This document shows positions 13,901 to 24,956 of a stretch of DNA of 64,000 nt, one piece after another. This DNA comes from Curvularia clavata (lineage: Eukaryota). The DNA is taken from contig CP089275.1 of assembly GCA_023920165.1 (NCBI GenBank), positions 1,984,001 through 2,048,000 on the forward strand, given 5' to 3'. The position numbers were made by a program, and so were the translations under genes. Each line of letters starts with the position of its first letter. The first letter of the stretch is position 1. A model generated the notes under the pieces. The model was given only the letters and a program-made list of their open reading frames with translations. It ran no database searches and was not told the DNA's origin.

Positions 13901-14198
13901 AAGCTCGGATTCAAAAGCGTATCATGCAAGGAGGAGAAAGATCCCTAAAGAACTTGGTTTGAACAGTCGTGGCCAGGCGAAAGATGCGCTCGTCATGCAG
14001 CTAGGCCATGGCGATATTGTCGTCATGCATGGTGTGGATATACAAAAGTACTATGAGCATTCGGTTGAGCATTCCGGCCGCTTAAGATTTGCACTCACGT
14101 GTCGGTATATTGATCCCGAGTCGCTGGGGCCAGAGGATAGACCGACGTATGAGGTCGGGCCTGATGTGGAGGGTTATGATGGGTCGCGGATTGCTTGA
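10998..14198 (+). CDS. Fungal AlkB-family 2OG-Fe(II) dioxygenase with a putative SRA/SAD-like domain and two Cys clusters, ~1049 aa
   Basis: A phase-0 intron at 11496-11546 (GTCAGT..CTAAC..TAG) joins ORFs 10998 and 11601. AlkB motifs: ISYHDDGE (HxD), IATLSLG, HGDIVVMHG..QKYYEHSV, RFALTCR. CGDC..CLQPAC and CPKC..CPNLTC clusters. Basic N-terminal RKRKRP motif. Confidence 0.8.
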
Positions 14199-14417
14199 GG
14201 AGACTTGTTTGTGGAGTTGTGGACATGTAAGATATGAGTCTTTCGTTGCTCTTTATGACAGTATTACGGATACGAAGGATGGTAAAATGCTGCAGTCTAT
14301 AGTCGTTTTTAGTGATATACAGAATTGAAAATTACTAGAATCAGAGCAGTGATAATATGACGGGTATTCAACTTTTTGCTTTCTTTTTTTCTGGTAATCA
14401 AAATTACGTCAAAAATC

Positions 14418-15764
14418 TTATATATCTTGCTTGTACTCCTTGTTGAAGGCCCTGCCAATGACCATTCTCCTAACCTCGCTCGTTCCAGCCCCAATCTCGT
14501 ACAGCTTGGCGTCCCTGAGTATCCGTCCCACGGGTACCTCATTCATATATCCCATGCCGCCCATCAATTGGATGGCGTCGGCTGCAACCTCACTCGCCCG
14601 CTCGGCAGCATACAAGATAGCACCGGCGCAGTCCTGAGTCTTGATATCTGGGCTAGCGTGCGACTCATCGACAGCTCGTGCAACACTGTAGGTGAAGGAC
14701 TGCGAGGCCCTGTACTTTGTGTACATGTCTGCTAGCTTACCTTGCACGAGCTGGTTGTGCGCAATTGGCTGGCCGAACTGCTTCCTCTGATGCGTGTACG
14801 GCAGGACGTTGTCAAGCGAGGCTTGCATGAGGCCCAGGGGACCGGCTGAGAGGACAAGCCGCTCGAGGTCCAGGCCTTCCATCAACACGCGGACACCACG
14901 GTTGACCTCGCCTAGCACATTCTCCTTAGGGACGAAGACGTTCTCGAAGACCAATTCGCCCGTGTTGGAACCGCGCATGCCGAGCTTGTCGAGTTTGTTG
15001 GCTACGCTGAAGCCCTTGGATGAGGTCTCAACGATGAAAGCTGTGATACCCTTGCTAGCTGCGTCGGGAACGGTTTTGGCGTAGACGACAATGACGTGTG
15101 CATCGGGTCCCTATACTCAGCGTCAGCAGCCTTTCTAAGCCATTTTTAGTGTGTTGCTAAAAGAGAAACATACGTTGGTAATCCACATTTTTGTGCCATT
15201 GAGCAAATACCCACCATCCACCTCTTTCGCCGTCATCTTCATGCTGACAACGTCACTTCCCGCACTGTGCTCGCTCATAGCCAAGGCTCCAATCTTCTCG
15301 CCGCTGATGAGCCCAGGTAGATATTTCTTCTTCTGCTCGGCGTTGCCATTCAGCATCAACTGGTTCACGCACAGCTGGCTATGCGCGGCATAACTCAGCC
15401 CAATGCTTCCGCTTGCTCTCGACAGTTCCTCCATGACGACGCAGTGTGCTTGGTATCCCATTCCTAGGCCGCCGAACTGCTCATCGGCGGTTATGCCCAG
15501 GAAGCCAGCCTCGCCAAACTTCTGCCACATTTCGTTGGGAAAGGCATTTTGGCGGTCAGTCTGTGCAGCAACCTCCTCTGGGATCTCACGGCGGGCAAAT
15601 TCGCGAACCGAGTCGCGGAGTTCGTCAAGGTCTGATTGTGTAGGTGGCGTGAAGTTCTGGGGGTGCTTTGTGGAGGCGTAGCGCTGGGTGGCTGTGATGA
15701 GGGTAGGACGAATGCGCGACTGGCGGATACTTCGGGCAAGTAAGCGGGGGGCAAGGGACGCCAT
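14418..15764 (-). CDS. ivdA: Mitochondrial isovaleryl-CoA dehydrogenase, 2 exons
   Basis: Arg-rich presequence [71 protein letters not shown]; intron 15111-15173. Confidence 0.92.
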
Positions 15765-16043
15765 TGTGTGTATCTTTGTTCTGGAGGAGGAGCAAGAGTT
15801 GAGACGAAAAGGCTGCATGAAAAAAAACAAAACACACAGCAAGAAAGTGGTAAGATGGTTGAACAAAGTATCTTCGGTTGGCGACGGCTCATGGGCCGAG
15901 GCACCTTCCTAAAGTGCGGAGAGTAGGTTGGATCTGGGGAAAGACATTGGCGTCATTCCGCGCCTTGGCTAAATACATGCAATGCCAGAAAGAAGTAATT
16001 CTAGATTTGATAGACAGATATTTGTCGCAGCCACGGAACGCCT

Positions 16044-16733
16044 TCAAAGCTCATCCACGCTCTTCATCGCCCTGCCATTACATTCGCCAACATCCAGCGC
16101 CACCAGGAATCTGCTCACAGCGTTGTATGCGGCAATGGTGGCCGTCAACTCTACAACCATGGTGTCCCCTAATGCCTGCTTCACCATATCGGCAACTTCG
16201 TCTTCCACTTGCACTCCGACTGTCATCTGATCTGTATATACCATAACTGCGTACTCTTCACTGCTGAACCCAGCAAGCCCCTCTTTCTTCACCATTCCAT
16301 GCTTGGTGACTGGTAGGTCCAGGAGAGATTGCAGCACTTCCTTGGAAACGCCAGCTTTGCGGGCAATGCCAGCATGAACATCCCATTCGTGCACGGCATG
16401 ATTGAGAACTGCCACTCGGCTGATTGCCAGCTCCTTGAGTGTGTCAGGGAGACTGGTCTTGGTGCGGATTGCGCCGATGAACGAGTTCCAGCCGTCTGCT
16501 ACGGCGGGGTTGTGCAGCAGCGCAAGATCGAGCGGAATGAGGGGGCGGGGCTTTCGTCGCTCAGCGATGCGCTCGTAGATTGGACGCGCTTCTTCGTTTG
16601 GGGGTTCGCTAGGGGCATATGGGACACGCATTTTGGAGGTGACAGATATGGTAAGGGTCCGTGAGTATATGGTGGAAAGGCGAGCACGTGGCAGAGGGCG
16701 TAGGAGGTTCAGCAGAAAGAAGGTCATTATCAT
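16044..16733 (-). CDS. Carboxymuconolactone decarboxylase/AhpD-like (CMD family) protein; alternative start at 16631
   Basis: Intronless ORF containing LDLALLHNP, LKELAISRVAVLNHAVHEWDVH and VELTATIAAYNAVSRFLVALDV, as in fungal CMD/AhpD-like proteins. Confidence 0.8.
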   Translation of the reverse strand: MIMTFFLLNLLRPLPRARLSTIYSRTLTISVTSKMRVPYAPSEPPNEEARPIYERIAERRKPRPLIPLDLALLHNPAVADGWNSFIGAIRTKTSLPDTLKELAISRVAVLNHAVHEWDVHAGIARKAGVSKEVLQSLLDLPVTKHGMVKKEGLAGFSSEEYAVMVYTDQMTVGVQVEDEVADMVKQALGDTMVVELTATIAAYNAVSRFLVALDVGECNGRAMKSVDEL

Positions 16734-16937
16734 AGCACAGGGGGCCGAGCGTGGATTTATAGCTAGCCATCAGAATGCACATGGCGGAGCTATGACGGAT
16801 ATGCTTTCCGGTGTTCGGGATTGTTGCACAAGTACTTTTAGCAATGGTTCCATTTTTGATTCATGTGTTGATGGCTATTTTCCATCTATTCCGCTAAAAT
16901 TAACATTGAGATATCAAACACAGCAAGAAAATGAAAT

Positions 16938-18016
16938 CTACAGCCTGCTCTGCTCGTCAAAAACGTTTGGTAGCCTGGGAATACCATCCAATCTGCTCGA
17001 CTTCTTGCCGGATGGGGCGAGTGTAACATTGTATGTCAGGTCAAGCTTGGCCTTAGGGTCTTTGCTGGGCTCAAAGTCGAGAAGCAAGTCGTCCTTGACA
17101 GCGAAGACAGTGTCGTTCTTGACGTATTGGTCGTCGCGGGGGTACAATTGTGTGATCAATGGCTTGTAGTTGTCCGCTGAAACCATGAGATGGATGTGGG
17201 CGGGACGGAATGGGTGGCGGTCAAGGACCTTGAAAAGCTGGCCAGCAGCACCTATCCGGTGGGTTAGCAAGATTCGCATATCAGTAAGAATTCATGATTC
17301 AATACATACCATCGGTGGGAAGCGAATATGCGGTAGGCTTGTAGCAATAGAACCAGTACTCGCCGTTCTCGTTTGTGGTAAACTTTCCTCTCAGGTTGTT
17401 TGGCTCCTGGTTCTCAGGGTCCTGGAAATCGTACTTTCCGTTCGCGCTCGCTTGCCAGATGTCGATGACGGCGCCGGGGATGCCCTTCTTGGTGTCAAGG
17501 TCAACGACCCTACCGTGCATAAGAGTAGTCTGGCCATCGGGGTGAGGGCTACGGATAATGGTGTCACCGAGCTCGCGGAATGGTGAGTGTGGCGACCAGA
17601 AGGGACCAAGAATTGTCGAGGAAGTAGGTGTCTCGCCAGACTCGTTGATGTGCTTGTGTGCAATCTCATCGACCAATCTGCAAATATGTTAGCAGCTTAC
17701 TCTGGCTAACCACCAGTTGCAATACTTACGACTCTACTCCGAGAACATCAGAGATACGGTGCGCCTCGTTTCTGGTGCTGGTGGTAGTCTTGCCAATCGA
17801 GTTGACAAATCGTACACCCTCGAACCACTCGTCGTTGGTCAACTCGACCTCACGAATGAAATCGTGGAGATGTCTGATCAGCTTGCCCATGACAAATCGT
17901 GTGCGTTCTGGGACATTGGGTCCAATGGCGTTGATGACAGCGTCAGTGAAGTTGGGATCGAAGCGGTGCCCAGTGTTCTCCTGAACTTCAGGCGCTTGCT
18001 GTGTGGTTCCAGACAT
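16938..18016 (-). CDS. prcA: Intradiol ring-cleavage dioxygenase, fungal protocatechuate 3,4-dioxygenase type, 3 exons, C-terminal SRL
   Basis: [82 protein letters not shown] (Fe ligands). Closely resembles Aspergillus PrcA as recalled, and sits next to cmcA and chdA. Confidence 0.85.
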
Positions 18017-18546
18017 TTTGGCTATGTGAAGATTGGTAATTGCAAGAAAAAATGAGAGGTATCAAGAAAGCCGCAGAGGACAGATGGATAGTGGATTGTA
18101 TTTCACGTTTGGGGCACGAGGGTCTTAAATAAATAGCATACTGGAATCGGCCGGCTACGTCCAACCGAGCCAGCGCCGTTTGAAATGGCCGTGTCTCTAG
18201 CCGCGTATCAGGCGATGAAGCCTTGTCAGAAGTAGTTACGGCATCCTAGAGCGGCTGTGAGACGGGCTGGAAAGATGAGGGGTGACAGTGCCGGGCTGTC
18301 CCACGGGGTTGGCGAATCAGCGCAAAGCTAAAGTGGAAGAAGTCTTAACCGCCTTTTATCCTCTACCGCTTGGCGCCGTCAGCACCACTGCCCCGCCTCG
18401 GGAGAGGCCCGGAGACTTGGTCATGCAACAAGATGGCGGGTAGGCAAAGTCGGAAGGTGGAAAACATTCTGCAACTCAATTTCCTCGTACTATCCAAACT
18501 GCGGGCGCAAGGGTTGCTGCTGTAGAAAGAACAAGAATATCCCAAC
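18017..18546. promoter_or_regulatory. Divergent prcA/cmcA promoter with CCTCGG (18396-18401) and several CGG triplets
   Basis: Head-to-head ATGs at 18016 and 18547; the motif is seen directly. Confidence 0.55.
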
Positions 18547-19798
18547 ATGGTCAAACACCACCTTATGATTGGCACGTGGACGCCGCCCGGTGTGATAATC
18601 ACGGTCGCGTTCGACGATGAGACATTGAAGCTGGAGCTGGTAAAGAAGACTGAGATTCCAGAGGATGAGCCGATCAGCTGGATGGCCTTTGACGTATGCG
18701 CGCAACTCACGAACCCTGGTGCCGACAGTGACTGATCAAGAGCACCACAGCATCAAAGGAAAAACATTTATGGCGCGTCCATGAAGAAATGGAGCTCGCA
18801 TGAAGTAAAGAGCCCGAGCGAAATTGTACACACAGGAAGCTTTCCATTGGGTGGACATCGTACGTCCCGTTCCCTCTTGTCCTATCTTTGTACTTTACTG
18901 ACACATCTCACAGCCAGAGCGAACGATGCTGACACAAAAACGCGCGCCATCTTTCTCCTTCCTGCGAAAAAGCCCCCATATGCCGTATACTGCAACCCGT
19001 TCTACGACTTTGCCGGCTATGGCAACCTCTTCTCGGTCAATGCCTCTGGACACATCAAGGAGAACATACAGAATTTCGAATACTGCGACAAGACTGCCAT
19101 CCATGGGATGGTGTTCGACCCATCAGAGACCTACCTCTATAGCGCAGACATGTGGGCGAACCGCGTGTGGTGTCACAAGAAGATCGACGACGAAGGAAGG
19201 GTAGAGACTGTGGGCTTCACCGAGGCGCCCGCTCCAAAGGATCATCCTAGATGGGTAGAGATGAATCCTACGGGCAACTATCTGTACGCTTTGATGGAAG
19301 GAGGCAATCGGTTGTGCGAGTATGTGATTGATCCGCAGACCAAGCTGCCCATCTACACTCACAAGGTGTTCCCCTTGATACCTCCTGGTAAGCCTTCTCT
19401 CAATTGTGTAATACATTCACGGCTAAACAGACATTACAGGCATTCCCAACGCAGACACAATGTACCGCTCAGACGTCTGTTTCCTGACCAAGTCCGGACA
19501 ATACCTCTTCGCAACCTCGCGGTCTAACTCGTTTGACCTCACCGGTTACATTGCCGCTTTCAAAGTCGCACCCTCAGGCGCCATTGAGCGACAGATTTGC
19601 CTCAACCCCACACCGACTTCTGGTGGACATTCCAATGCGGTTTCTCCATGTCCTTGGTCGGACGAGTGGCTTGCGCTTACGGATGACGAGAAGGGCGGAA
19701 TTGAGATATACAGATGGCAGGATGAGTTTCTTGCACGGGTTGCGAGACTGGAGATTGGAGAGAAGGGGTTCGGCATGAATGCGATATGGTACGACTAG
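18547..19798 (+). CDS. cmcA: 3-carboxy-cis,cis-muconate lactonizing enzyme (cyclase, beta-propeller), 4 exons
   Basis: MVKHHLMIGTWTPPG...EPISWMAFD, IHGMVFDPSETYLYSAD, DHPRWV, PTSGGHSNAVSPCPWSDEW, GFGMNAIWYD; very close to Neurospora CMLE as recalled. Confidence 0.93.
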
Positions 19799-20267
19799 TT
19801 CATGTTTAACCCAGCATGCAATCGAGAGGCCGATAGAATAGATAATAGAAATTCCACCTTTACTACATATAATCCTGCAAGCCTATGTCTAATTCCCTCA
19901 TCGTCATTGGCTCTCCCAGAGTCAAGCAAAATAAATCACGCACCCAGATTCTGTTTCTGCGGCGCCCGAGTTGCGCCCGAGAAAGTCAATGAGGGGTTCT
20001 AGCGGATTTATCTTCAGCCCCTCGCGCCCCGGAAAAATAGAGGGGCAGCCCTGAGCAGTGTTTCGCCCCCCGTCTAGCGGGGCAGCCGGCAAATGCTATC
20101 GGGGAAAAGCTCAAGCTTCTTGTTCTTCCCCAAGTTCCGTCATGGTGCCGCATCGCGGCATTGCAAGTTAGAGTAGACTAGTTGATGCTGAACCCGAATC
20201 TAACACTAAACTTCATACTTCTTTCTCTCTGCGCACCCGTGTCTCCATTGCTAATTGTGTCTTAAGC

Positions 20268-20292
20268 ACAACAACAACAACAACAACAACAA
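20268..20292 (+). repeat. (CAA)n microsatellite in the chdA 5' leader
   Basis: About 8 tandem CAA units directly visible. Confidence 0.8.
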
Positions 20293-20331
20293 TAGAACAT
20301 TGCCATCCCCACGTTAGTGAAGACAACAAGC

Positions 20332-22107
20332 ATGGCATCCAAATCAACAAGAGGCATCCTGTACGTAACCATGCAGCCCAAAGAGGGTCTGCCGGAAGCT
20401 CAATTCCACGACTGGTAAGGTTAACCCTCTCTCTTTTCGCACAGTCGCATCCTCGCATCCTCGAGGTCCCATCTAACCATCTCTCCCCCAAGGTACCAGA
20501 ACGAGCACGGTCCCAACCGGCTCCGCCTTCCCTTCTGTAACAACGGCTTCCGGTACCGCGCAGCGGATCTCGAGAATGCGGCAGGATCAAAGGACAAACC
20601 CGAGTGGATGGCCATCTACGACTTCGACGAGCTAGAATGGCTGACACGAGAGCCGTATTTGAAACTGCGCAGTGCACCGGTGCAGTCGCAGCGGGAGCGA
20701 GACACGATGAAGCAGATCTTTGTAGACAGACGGTCGTACGATTTGCTGGGTGAGTGGACGGGCAGCGACTTCAAGGACCTACAGAAGGTGGAAAACGAGG
20801 GCGAGAAGAACGTCATGGTCGCTGTGAGTTTCTCGCTGCAAGATGGTGCAGACAAGGAAGAAGAGCTGAAGAAGTGGTACGAAGAGGAGCATGTGCCGCT
20901 GCTGCAGAAAGTACCTGGTTGGAGACGGACAAGACGGTTCGTCACTTCGTATTTGGACCTCGAGAGCGGACACAAGACGGAAAAGGAGTATCTTGCGCTA
21001 CATGAGTATGCGCCGCAGAATGGACTCGGCGGACCGGAATTCAAGGCCGCTACGACAACGCAGTGGTGCGACAAGATATACAAGGACGTGGTCAAGGACC
21101 GTAAAAGGAGGGTGTACGAGCTCTACTATACCTTTGGCGCTGCTCAACGCGATCTGCAGAGTCTGGCAAGCAAAGATACATTTCTTGTGGAAACCACAGA
21201 GGGCCTGGTGAAAACGTACCCAGCACACACAACGCCGGAGCAACGGCCAGTCATCGAAAGCTTCGTCACCACAAAAGATGGCGTAAAGCTTCCCTACCGC
21301 CTCGAAGGCTCCAGTTCCCCAGACGCCCCGCTCCTCGTCCTCGCAAACAGCATCCTCGTCGACTATGGCATCTGGGACGACTTTGTCACCGAGTTCATCA
21401 AACTCACAAACAACAAGTACCGCATCTTGCGGTACAACACACGTGGACGCTCCACCCTGCCGCAAAACTCCGCAGCCCCGATCACCGTACACACACTCAC
21501 CGAGGATGTCATTGCGATTCTCGACGCCCTGCGCGCCAAAACAGCCTCCATCGTCGGTGTCTCCCTCGGCGGCGCAACAGCTCTCAACACCGGTCTCGAG
21601 CATCCAGACCGCATCTCTGCCTTCATAGGCTGCGACACGAACGCTTTTGCGCCCGCCAGCAATGCCAACGCATGGAACGAGCGGGTTCAAGTCGCCGAGA
21701 AAGAAGGCCTTACAACATCTTCTGGTGAGCCTATTGTAGGCGAGGACCTTGCAGAGGTGACGGTACGCCGCTGGTTTGTCAAGGAGTCGTATGAGGATCC
21801 CGAATTAGCCAAGAAGATTCAACGCGTGAAGGATATGGTGAAGACCAATTCGCTGCCGGGTTTCCGTGACTCGGTCAAGGCGCTGCATGAGTATGATATT
21901 CGGGGGAAGATGGCGGGGTATCAGGGCAAAGGGGCATTTTTGGTGGGTGCGGGAGATGGCGTGCTGCCGAAGACGATGAAGGAGAATATGGCGGATAAGC
22001 TTGGTAAGGGGGTAGAGCTCAAGGTAGTTGAAGGTGCTGGGCATTTGCCGATGGTGGAGAGGCCGCAGGAGGTTGCGCAGTTTGTTGCTAATTTCCTAGA
22101 GGGATGA
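20332..22107 (+). CDS. chdA: 3-carboxymuconolactone hydrolase/decarboxylase (EthD-like N-terminal domains + alpha/beta hydrolase of 3-oxoadipate enol-lactonase type), 2 exons
   Basis: Exon 1 MASKSTRGILYVTMQP..QFHDW, intron 20415-20492, then YQNEHGPNRLRLP. Second EthD-like motif WYEEEHVPLLQKVPGWRRTRRF; nucleophile elbow GVSLGG; GHLPMVE. Confidence 0.85.
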
Positions 22108-22323
22108 AATCTAGACTTGTGCAAGTAAGAAAAGGAAAGAAAGTGTGGTATCCTCGACACATAGGAAGTAAAGATATCAAGTCAAATACAAGGTCTGTAT
22201 GATATTAATACTACTACAATCATCTCAAAAACAAAAAAAAACACATTACTCAACGATATCCAAACAGAACCCAATTTCACAAAGACACCGAGACAACTAG
22301 AATCCTCTCAACCTATCCTCACC

Positions 22324-23008
22324 CTACCTATCTTCTCTCCCATCTGTCCAACTTGTACAATTCACACATCTCCTCGCCTTCTCACTAATATACTTTCTAC
22401 AAAACTTGCACTTGACCTGTTTCTTGACAATATTATCCCCACTACTCCTACTATAAACCAGCGCAATCACCCAAAGCGCCAGTGCAACCACCAGAAACCT
22501 AACCACCTTGTCTAAAAAGTGGCCGTACGCCAGCACCACAGCGCCGTCGTCGACAGCTTGACTTGGGGTATTGTAGCCATTGGAGATGGAGGAATTGTAA
22601 TTGGGACCGTGCTGTAAGACGGCGAACTTAGCGTCGAGGTTACGCGAGAGAAAGGGCAGCAGCGAGATAATGGGCAGGATGATGTCGGTGACGAGGGCGT
22701 TTGCGCAGGCGGTGAAAGATGCGGCGAGTCTGTGAGGGGGTGTGGTGGATGTGTTAGTATTCCCTGGTCAAGAGTGCAGGAGAGAGAGCAGGGCTTATGC
22801 CGTCATGAAGGATTGTCTGCATTGCTTTTCTGACCCCTGTATATAACGGAAGGAGGGGACCACTGTACATCAAGCCGACGGCTACTTCAAGGACGTTGTC
22901 ACGAAGCGCAAAGTTGCTGAAGCTGTCCCAGGCGCTGAGGGTCCGGCGCCGGATTCCTTGTTCGGCGTCGCGCAGAGTCTGCTGTGTGTTGTCGTCTAGG
23001 CGCGGCAT
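22324..23008 (-). CDS. mscL: Fungal MscL-like large-conductance mechanosensitive channel with a C-terminal CxxC..CxxC motif, 2 exons
   Basis: FSNFALRDNVLEVAVGLI|LAASFT..LVTDIILPII (MscL TM1 signature), YGHFLDKVVRF (TM2), KCKFC..RRCVNCTSW; intron 22730-22868. Confidence 0.85.
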
Positions 23009-24956
23009 GATGGCGTAAGAAGAGGGTGATGATGTTTGAGGTGGGATTGGTGCATGGGCAAGGAGAAGTAAGAGAAGGCTGGGGTAAGTTTGGGCATCCG
23101 ACGTCATTGTACAAACAACCATCCCGAACCAATCACGATGCTACCCATTCTGCCGGGTCTCCCCCACTACAGCGACTGACAACGCATACGAGAGGCCACA
23201 CTCGCATTGATCTCTAGCGCCTTGCAGTCGCAAAAAGAAAAACTGCCATCGCACGTCTTGGGCTCCCCTTTGCCGTGTATAAAGTCGGCTCGAGTTAACC
23301 CATTCGAAACCCGCAATAGCCGAGCGATTGCTGTTTTGCCTAATGCATCTAGAAGACCACTTTTTTTTCCACACAAATGTATGTAGATCTGTCCCCTCGA
23401 GCGTGGGTCCTCTTAGCTTGTCGCGATACGCCCGAGAGTAAAGTTTCCCAAACCTTCTTGCCCTGCGTCTTCCCTTAGACCTAAAGCAGGCGGTTGCCGC
23501 GCTACGCAAGTCATACAGACTATCTGCGCGCGATCGCATTTTTTGTAGATAGGGACACGATACACATACTGTATGTATGCCCATAGACACTCGTGCGCAG
23601 AAATCCGTCCTCTCTTGTTGCATATCAGCGCCACGTTTTGATAGTACGTCTTAGCCTGCGTTGCTGCATGCATTCCCTTGAAGAACATGCACTTTACCGT
23701 ACACGGTAAAACTCCACAATTCAGTCCGCTTTTTTTTTCCTCTCTTCCAACGAGCCTCACTCGTCACATAGCAGGTACACTATAAGATAGCACATGTACA
23801 TCTAGCAGGACGCGCACAGTGATATGAGGCGGACGGCGAAGTACGTACTCTGATGCCGCCATCGGAGTAGACTACCCCGCTACCATTCCAGCCTTGTCTT
23901 GGTTGGGAGAAAGCGGTTAGGTTTACCGACGCCGGCCCGCCCATCACCAAGGCCTTGTGATCACGCATTACCGCTCTGGGCAGGCCTAAGATGGCTCGCC
24001 TCAGAAGAAGGGTCAGAGGTGATAGGTAGAGGACGCAGGGTCTCCTCGGATGCATGGCCATGACAAGTGGTCAACTCAAAGCCAGGTCAAAAGGCGAAGG
24101 TCAGGGTCGATCCTGTATCTCTTCGCGTAAGGATGGGCGCGATAATCGTCCTTTGTGTGGATTTTTTTTTCAGCATGGATGCGATGTGATTGGGTGTTGA
24201 GATCTGCCATTATGCCGGTAGGTATCGCTGGGCAGCGGCAGTGTCGATTTGTAAATGCGCGGCCGGCGTGCTCTACTGGCTGGAGTACCTTGTTGCCAAT
24301 CGTGATCCGTGCTGTGCGTGTACGTGCGGTGCTGTTGTTGTAAGATTGTACAGAAGGGCGGTAAGCGCGCGACGAGGATTTTTTTCCGTGATGAATGGAG
24401 GGGTAGCGGAGTCCCGGAGGGCTGCGCCGTGAGGTCACGATACTTGGCGCTTGTTTAGCGTGCAGCACTAGTGGGGTCAGTGTGGTGGGGGTGATTCTTC
24501 GTCCAAACTATGAAGCCGTCAGGAGATGAATTTCAGATGGGGGTGGTGTGAGACGCCATGACGCGTCGAAGTGAAACGAAGGTGCTGGAAAGAGGGCACG
24601 GCTGGGGATGCTTGAGATGAGATGTGGATTGTTCTGCTCCTCTCTATCTGCTCATTAGATTCATTGCTGCCATGGCGCAATCTGATACTGTACTAAAGCA
24701 TATGTGTAAATGCTGACAATGTAAACGCCGCCCAATGCAAGTGGCCCAAAACGCAAACCCGTGGTATACCAAAGACGCCTACCATGCTGTGCGCATATGC
24801 GCAGGAAATCAAAAAACCACCAACACCGTACAATGCTAGATGAATAACAACACAAGGCCTCCACTTCCCCGTAGTGATAATGCTTGAAATGTTTTTGGGT
24901 GCAACTCCTGGTTCTCATGCATCCTTAGCACAGCCATGTGCCATGCCTTCCCTCCA

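Noticed and set aside
17251..17320. Similarity between the prcA exon end (CCCACCGATG|GT) and intron end (CCCACCGGATAG|GT) as an intron-gain duplication
   Set aside because: The match is too short to distinguish from chance.
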